NCBI GenBank assembly: GCA_012295275.1
Contig: CM022665.1
Coordinates: 23,870,001 to 23,934,000, forward strand
Length of the DNA stretch: 64,000 nucleotides
Reading direction: 5' to 3'
From: Chrysomallon squamiferum
Lineage: Eukaryota > Animalia > Mollusca
The position numbers and the translations under genes were made by a program. Shown piece by piece: positions 56,511 through 64,000 of this stretch. How positions within the stretch are numbered: position 1 is the stretch's first letter; every line of letters begins with the position of its first letter. The notes beneath the pieces were generated by a model. The model was not told the DNA's origin and searched no databases. It saw nothing but the letters and a program-made list of their open reading frames with translations.

Positions 56511-56972
56511 AAATAAAAAAATAAATAAAAAATACTAAACAGTGCGTTATACGTATGCAAAATGTTTCATATTATAAACGGGCTGTAAGTTAATTTAATT
56601 TCAATTAATGAATGAATTAATGTGTCCTGAATTTCATGTCAATACTTTCCAAATTTTAGCACATACTATTATATTGATCATCCTTGATTTTTTTCGTTAG
56701 TAATATAAGATAGGAAACTCTGTAACTGATAATACAATTACTGCATATGCTATTCTGATCGATTAGCAACAGTTAGTCTTTTAAATAGACCATCCCATGG
56801 ACAGAAGAATATCAACAACTGCATTTGGTAATAAGTCATTTGGTTATGTCAGTAACATATAATATCGAAAAGGGGCATACAGTAGAATCGATTCTACAAC
56901 TGCGTTCTAACATACAGTTGTATCAAACACGATTGTAAGAGAGATATTATTTATAAATAAATATAGACACAG

Positions 56973-57043
<71 letters not shown>

Positions 57044-59332
57044 CATTGTTAGAAGAACTGTTTTATCCATACATTTTATTATTGTTATTATTATTTTCAT
57101 TATTATTACAGTTCCATCATCATTATTTATGAAATTAATTTACAAGCCTCTTTCATAGATAACGTATTATAGTATATACATATTTACATATACACATATT
57201 TACTTTTTAAAATCCTTTTTTTTTTTTTTTTTTTTTTGAATATCAGGGTCGAAATAAAGCACTATCTGGCTTATCGAAACAAACAGAAGTCAATTCTAAA
57301 AGTAGCTTAATACCATTACCACGACTTGAACTTGGCTTGTACGTCATCACAGAAGTAGCAGGGATACTCTACGCGATCTATTCCGTGTATCGAGATTCTA
57401 TAGGTCAGTAATAATGATTTGAACGATTTTCATTTCGTAGGTACAATACATGATGTCTACCTACTGTCTTATGATTTAACGTGATGATTTCACTTTAATA
57501 TTCAGACAAACACGCCGATACATTCATACATACATGCTAAAGTACGCTGTAATATACTTTACAAAGGTGAACTTTAAACTGACTCGAATCCCTAAGATAA
57601 AAATTAAAAATTAAAAACTGAAAAATTATTATTATTATTATTATTATTATAGCCACTGTGTTTGTTTAATTCTTAAATACACATTCACAAAAATGCTACA
57701 ACAAATACATACACAGACATACAGTGGTACATTCACGACATAAATATATTTGTATATTTATCATATAGCTATTATGTTAAAGCACTGGACAGGCCCACAT
57801 CACAGTTTCAATGTTTACAGACATGATATTATAAGCATAATGTCAGTTTTTGTTACATAGTTATACAAATCACGTCAGTATGCAAATTATATACTGACTG
57901 CCTGAACTATTTTCACCAGTAAAATAACATTAATAATTACAAACACCTGCATTAAAAGTATATATATACATGACAAATCCTCTATACATATATACATACA
58001 TACATACGTACACAGAAACACACATATCACTTATACATACATACATATACATAAACACATATGCACATACACATAGATACATACATACATACCTACATAC
58101 TCAGAAATGCATATCACATATACATACATACATATACATAAACACTTAGATACACTTACATATACACATATATACACATACATAATATTAATAATACACA
58201 CTTTTGTTGTTGTTATTATTACTATTATTACTTCTGCTGCTACTACTACTAGTACTACTACTTTTTTTTTTATTAATTAGAACATGATAAACTTTTGCAA
58301 AAAAAAAATTACATATGTTGATAAACAAATAACAGTCCTTTTAATTATCCAAACATCATTTCCCCACATTTATTCAACAATTTTTTTTTTTAATTTCTTT
58401 TCACTTCATATCGCGCTTTCTCAGTCAGCGAAGTAAGAGATAACGTGTTCGCTGTTACAAATATCAAGTATACAAATGTCTGGAACACACAGTTCAAGCC
58501 TGTGATCACATGTGTAATACGATCCCGTATTCCTCGTACATGGATCACATTAACTGGACGTAGCCTACGAAGTGAGATGTAAATGCGTGATTAGAGGTTG
58601 ACTCCAAGCCACGATGAGGTGGCTGGATCAAACTTCGTAACATCTCAAATTTTCCGTTTCTTTCATTACCACACGATTATTCCATTACACCGCGGTGTCT
58701 GTCTCAGTGTGTGTGGGAAGGTGCAAGTAAAATACATTTTGCTACTGCTAATAGATAAAAGTGAACAATGAAATGTGGAAATCAAGTTTTATGTCTTATA
58801 ATTTATGAGAAAAAACAACAACCAAAAACAAAAAGGTGTATTTTTTAAATTAGGTTACAACAGGTAGAAATCTTTTTGGAAGTATTGTGAAACAAACGCT
58901 CATTTATTCATCCTCTGTTCAAACGGGTGTTACAGAAATAATGGATCTACGTAAATGAATATTTGGTACTTGTATAATTTAAAAAACCAAAACAACATCT
59001 ATGTATTCCCTAACAATTTGTAAAACTATTTACTGACACATAAACACACATCTACATGTATATACATAATTTGTAGTTACATACATATATACATATACCT
59101 GATATATATATATATATACCATCATTGCTGTTGTTGTTCTGTTAATATTACCATTATGTGCAAAGTATAATTACGTTTGTATGGTAGTCTTTTTATTAGT
59201 GTTATATATGTATTTAATTGCTATATTTAAAAATAAAAAAATCTTCTTATTAGATAAAGTTCTTTGGATACATCCAAGTTTTCTTGAAGATGGATGGTCA
59301 TGGCTGGGAAATAAAAAGGTAAGAAATAACAA

Positions 59333-59405
<73 letters not shown>

Positions 59406-59900
59406 AACATTTCATTTTGAAAGTTACACTGTTTTATGGCTTGCTGATTGTTTCTTTCTTTATTATGTCGTGTTATTCTAGTTTTTAGTCTTTAAATATC
59501 GTTTTCATTTCAGGATATTGCCGATTTCGAGTGGAAGTTTTGGTTTAAAACATTACTGCAACTTTTGCCATGGTTTGCAGGGCATTTTTTGTTTGGAAAA
59601 CTCCTTGAAGTAACATTCCCAAAGGTGAGCTGCTAATACTTTAGTTTACCATTTACAAAACAAGAAATCTTTATGTAATTACACATTAATATACACTTGT
59701 TCAACTATAAACGTATTTTATTTATTTATTTAGTCTTTGTTTTGTTTATTTATATATTTAAATTATTTCAAAATCTTTGTACAATATACTTGCATTTACC
59801 TCATGTTTTTAAAATGAAGTCTTATTTATATATTTATATGTTATTATTAAATTAATTAATTAACTAATTAACTTATTGATTAATTAATTTGTCTATTTAT

Positions 59901-59946
<46 letters not shown>

Positions 59947-62886
59947 TAAATGAACATTTCACAAAATTTTTGAACAGTCTTTAAACTACGTTTACAGTTT
60001 CGGAACCCTGGATATTTGCTGTTTTCCATGATTTTTTTTCTTGTAATGTTTGGCTGGAAGATCTTTCTGCTTTTTCTGGCTCATGCCTACGTCATGTTCA
60101 TCGTAGCTAGCATCGGCAGTATCGTTCTCGTATGGGTGGCAAGTCTCGGAATGATGCTCGCCATAAATTTTGAACAGTTGCAGACATTCGTAGTATGTTC
60201 ATATTAAACTTATGTCATGACCACTGTACCAATATACAATGTCCATTAGTCAATCCATTTTATTTGTTTAACCAATGATTGTACCGTTTATCAAATACAG
60301 GTACTGAACCATTTATCCGGCAAGCTTGGGATCGGAGATGGTCCGGATTTCTGGATTTGTCGGATTTCTGGATAGAGTCTAAACCTTTATTTAAAACAGA
60401 AAATAAAAAATAGAAAAAGAACGAAAAAGAAAACAAAAATTGTATTTAACAGATACAGTGTAATACAGTTCTAAAGCAGGTTCTGTTCGATCTTTATTAA
60501 ATTATTTAAAATTCATAAAATACCTGCATAGAATATTCTTTTCACTAGTATGCAGTGTTTTGTTCTGTTCTTTTATAAATGATAAATGAAAAAGAGTAAA
60601 CTGAATGAAATAATAGACAGCAACGTTCTCGCTTGACGTAAACTAAAATAAAGCACGCCTAATTCAAAAACAGAAAATTTAAAAACTAACTGGTCTTCTG
60701 GATGCCCCGGATTTCTGAGAGCCGGATAAATTGTTCAGTACCTTTATTTTAAATTGTTGTCGATATATAGTCACATTCTGAAACGCTAAAAGCTAATAAA
60801 CTATAATACTAAACTATAATCGGAGATTTATATTCAAAAATACACAGCTAAAACATTTTCATTTATTTAAAAGAAAACATATTTAATGTCTTCTTTTCTT
60901 CTTTTCAGAAATATCTTATCGATTCGGACGAAACAGAAAATGAAACTCTTTATGCCATTTTAGTCATACTTGCCAAGATAAATCTTAACTATGCAAGTTT
61001 CTGTTTAGATAAAGTGAACAACAAGGCGATATTATCTGGCAACAAAGCTTCGGACAAGTATATTAAGAATAAAAAACACGCCTCCAAAAGTCAGTCAAAG
61101 GCTACAAAAGACGGCCAACCTCCGCGTCCAGAGCCGCAATACGATTTGAATGACATGTTGCAATATATTTTCTATTTTCCACTAATGTTTTGCGCACCAG
61201 TTGTTAATTTTGATACATTTTGTATTCAGGTACGTAAATTCAATGAAATTTATAAAAATTATAATAATATTTAACAACATATTTTCATCAGTTTACAAAT
61301 TCGCAGTGACTTTTAAATCACAGAATAACGAAACTTTGTAAGAAATAAAAGCTGCACAACATCGTCGTTTGGTACACCGGCTGTTCTTTACAAAACAAAT
61401 AAAATAAAATAAAATAAAATAAAATAAAATAAATAAATAAATAAATAATATGAAAAGACAAACAAACCCTATAAATATTATTTTCTGTAACATTTTATTT
61501 GAAAATAGATTTTCTTTTTCCCAATGTGTTGTCCTGGGCAATAACATCAAAGACAGAAAACTATATTCTAGTTTATTTATTCCATCTAGATAAACGAATC
61601 TCCACGACCATGGAACAGACGGAAAATCTTGGGCGCCATCTTTTCTTTTCTGCGTATCGGTTTCTGGGCTTTATTTATAGAGTTCACGAGCCACTTTTTG
61701 TATTTTTCTGCCTTAATGTACAACCCATATGTATTGGACAGCGTTTCCACGTGGACATTACTCGGGATCGGATACTTAAAAGGACAGTTCAAGATGGTCA
61801 AATATGTTGTTTTTTATGGTTTGACAGGACAACTAGCCAGACTGGACGATATTGTTGTTCCGGATCCTCCTAACTGTATCTCCTACATCTATCGCTATTC
61901 GGAAATGTGGAAGTAAGAAAATCAAGAGTCTAATAAACCTACGTAATTTGTACTTTTTATCATACTGTGGTAAATACGTATGAAATCAAGGAACAGTAAA
62001 TCAATCAAGCTGAATTTGAAATGGTTCCAAATTCATGACTTTTCGAATGGGTTAAACTTTGATTCCAAAACAGTACTGTTTATTCATTTTCACCATTTTC
62101 ACCATTTTAAAAAAAAAAATTTTTTTTGCACACACGCACACTCATACGCACAGAAAAAGTACGCATTTACACATGGATAAATCCACATTTTTTTTTTCTT
62201 TTGTTATTAGATCAAAATGAATTAAAAATTATTATATTATTTTATTTCCAGATTATTCGATAAAGGAATATATATCTTTACCAAAAAGTAAGTCGGCCAT
62301 TTCTAATTCGTCTCTTGTTTTATAATAATTAATTTCTATCTTTGATTGTTTAATAAAGAGTCTTGCATGACATTTTGCTGTCACACAATAATATTCAGAA
62401 TATTATATGTCTTTTTTGTTTCTTCTTTTTTTTTTGGAGATATTTGTTTTTACTTTTATTAATTTATTTATTCATATTTTAAATACATGCACATATATAT
62501 ATACTTAGGTTGAAATACGTTAAAACAAAATTCTTTCATACATTTCTCTCTCTCTCTCTTTATCTCTGTTTGCCAGACTGTTCTTCTGTCTATCTACATA
62601 TACAGCTTTCTGTTTTCCAAATTAAATTTCTTATTGACCTTTATTGATTTTTGGTTCACGAATTGTAATATTTCATACTTCCAGATATATCTATATTCCT
62701 ATTGGGGGCTCCAAGGCTGGTATTTTTCGAAAACTGTTTGCGTCGTTAATTTGCTTTATGTTCTTTAATATGTATCACGGCCTAGATTTGTACATGTTTA
62801 TTTGGTGTCTTCTAAACTTTGTGGAATTAGTGATAGAAGAATTTGCTTCTTTGATAGAACAAACGAAAACTGTTCAGGAATTTGAG
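56443..62886 (+). CDS. HHAT: Hedgehog acyltransferase-like MBOAT (HHAT/Rasp), 3' end beyond the window
   Basis: Exons 56443-56445 (ATG|GTAAGT; alternative in-frame ATG at 56407), 57247-57403, 59254-59318, 59514-59624, 59998-60192, 60909-61229, 61590-61912, 62252-62287, 62685-62886. Motifs: LPRLELGLY, KKDIADFEWKFW, YIFYFPLMFCAPVVNF, GQFKMVKYVVFYG, PPNCIS...MWKLFDKG, YIYIPIGGS, catalytic His in YHG. No stop codon is reached within the window. Confidence 0.88.
56745..56905 (-). mobile_element. Highly degenerate tRNA-SINE fragment
   Basis: GCTATTCT...CGATTAGCAAC...TCTTTTAAATAGACCATCCCATGGACAG is similar to the core of the copy at 35091-35306. Confidence 0.5.
56977..57040. repeat. (AG)n microsatellite
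   Basis: Perfect run. Confidence 0.95.
57960..58185. repeat. Degenerate (TACA/CA)n low-complexity tract
   Basis: Directly visible. Confidence 0.85.
58556..58763 (+). mobile_element. Degenerate tRNA-derived SINE
   Basis: GGACGTAGCC (A-box-like head), GGATCAAAC (B-box-like), core GTGGGAAGGTGCAAGTAAAATACATTTTGCTACTGCTAAT. Confidence 0.6.
59335..59403. repeat. (ATT)n microsatellite
   Basis: Perfect run; source of the poly-I ORFs. Confidence 0.95.
60298..60744 (+). mobile_element. Tigger/pogo-type MITE, copy A (HHAT intron)
   Basis: TA|CAGGTACTGAACCATTTATCCGG ... CCGGATAAATTGTTCAGTACCTT|TA, with subterminal CGGATTTCTG repeats. Strand is arbitrary, set relative to copy B. Confidence 0.88.
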
Positions 62887-62930
62887 GTAAGAATAAATAT
62901 TTTTTTTCTTTTTTTTTTTAGAAATATATG

Positions 62931-63283
62931 CAGATACCGAGCCATTTATCCGGAAAATCCAGAAAATCGGTTTTTTTAAAATGGCTACTGTTGAATTAGG
63001 TGCGCTTTGTTTTAGTTTCCCTGACGTCAGTTCAAACGAGGATGTTGCTGTATATTATCTAATTCAGTTTACTTTCATTTTCATTTATTACCATTTATAA
63101 AAGAATTAAATATAACACCACGTACTAGTGAAAGGAGTATTCTATATAGGTATTTTATGACTTTTAAATAATTTAATAAAGATAAAACAGACGCTACTTT
63201 AAAACTGTTTGAAATTGTATCTGTTAAATACAATTTCATTCTTCTTTTTTTTCAAGCTTACCGGATAAAAGGTTCCGTACCTG
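62931..63283 (-). mobile_element. Same MITE family, copy B, inverted relative to copy A
   Basis: CAGATACCGAGCCATTTATCCGG ... CCGGATAAAAGGTTCCGTACCTG|TA. The interior is the reverse complement of copy A (e.g. GATCTTTATTAAATTATTTAAAA in A vs TTTTAAATAATTTAATAAAGAT in B; TTCACTAGTA vs TACTAGTGAA). Confidence 0.85.
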
Positions 63284-63393
63284 TATATGCAGTGTTTCTT
63301 TGTATTATATTGTTCAAGAAATTTCGACATTATTATAATTATTATCATGAACATCACGAACATCATCATCATCATCATCGATGTTGTTGTTGC

Positions 63394-63428
<35 letters not shown>

Positions 63429-63674
63429 TATTTTTTTATATTTAATTTATTAATGAAAATCATTATTATCACTATTGTTATGTGTGGCCAATAACGCACT
63501 ATTGTTATTTATTAATTTGTTTATTTATCCAACCTAATTGGATGTTGAATTTATTTGTACACGTTATTTCACTGATACAGCAATTCTGAATGTAGCCACG
63601 GTGTCAACGTCGTTACTTTAATGTCAACAGTTGAAACGGACGTGTACATCTACCACAATGGTGAGAGAGGCTGT

Positions 63675-64000
63675 ATAATATGTGTGTGCACCAGCGGCAT
63701 TGATGACAGCAGTACATCGTCGTTTCATGGTCTGTTTTACCTCCACCATGAATGCCAGCCCACACCATGATGCTGCCACCGCCATATCGGTCATGCTGAA
63801 TGACGTTGTCTGCATCATACCGTTCTCCCCGTCGCCTCCATACATGATGCTTACCATCCGCAAACTGAACACAAAACCTGGATTCGTCTGTGAATAATGT
63901 CTAATCCCATTGTTTAAGTCGTCAGTGTTGATGTATTCTGGCCCAACTCAGACGTTCTTGAATGTGACGCGCTGTCAGGGGAACAGCTACAACAGGGCGA
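63675..64000 (-). pseudogene. Tc1-family transposase remnant with nonsense codons and an internal deletion, inside an HHAT intron
   Basis: Frame from 63999: RPVVAVPLTARHIQERLSWARIHQH*RLKQWD*TLFTDESRF...VWRRRGERY...YGGGSIMVWAGI..GGKTD. This is joined directly (frameshifted) to the C-terminal MKRRCTAVINAAGAHTYY. Hallmark Tc1 motifs are present. Confidence 0.9.

Noticed and set aside
63624-63897. ORF-track peptides at 63624-63872 (-) and 63682-63897 (+) as a host gene or the last HHAT exon
   Set aside because: They are alternative frames of the Tc1 relic and do not resemble the HHAT C-terminus.
1-64000. CRISPR arrays, tRNA/rRNA genes, U12-type introns
   Set aside because: No repeat-spacer array, no intact cloverleaf (only SINE heads), and no RTATCCTT donors at any modelled junction.

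Overview
Very AT-rich, microsatellite-rich, intron-dense animal genomic DNA. It is probably a gastropod mollusc, judged from a recalled SINE family (not verified). Gene models were spliced by hand, checking GT/GC-AG boundaries and frame continuity. Gene order: possible first coding exon of an unidentified gene running off the left edge (-), C2orf73-like (+), ASB3 (-), SART1/Snu66 (+, 21 coding exons), cobalamin-dependent methionine synthase MTR (-, 34 coding exons, one GC-AG intron), syntaxin-5 (+), and a Hedgehog acyltransferase-like MBOAT (+, 3' end outside the window). Mobile DNA includes Tigger/pogo-type and hAT MITEs, a Mutator-like element with a 9-bp TSD and a nested Tigger remnant, degenerate tRNA-SINEs and a dead Tc1 transposase. 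The most interesting unexplained features are: (1) a strong-context Met-Thr-Met uORF in frame with, and 12 nt upstream of, the methionine synthase start; (2) an overlapping uORF cassette on the long-isoform AUG of syntaxin-5; (3) two inverted copies of one MITE bracketing an in-frame 882-nt HHAT exon block, which is a circRNA-type architecture; (4) a sharp CpG-depletion boundary near 53.3 kb. No prokaryote-type system (CRISPR, operon) and no recognisable RNA gene is present.
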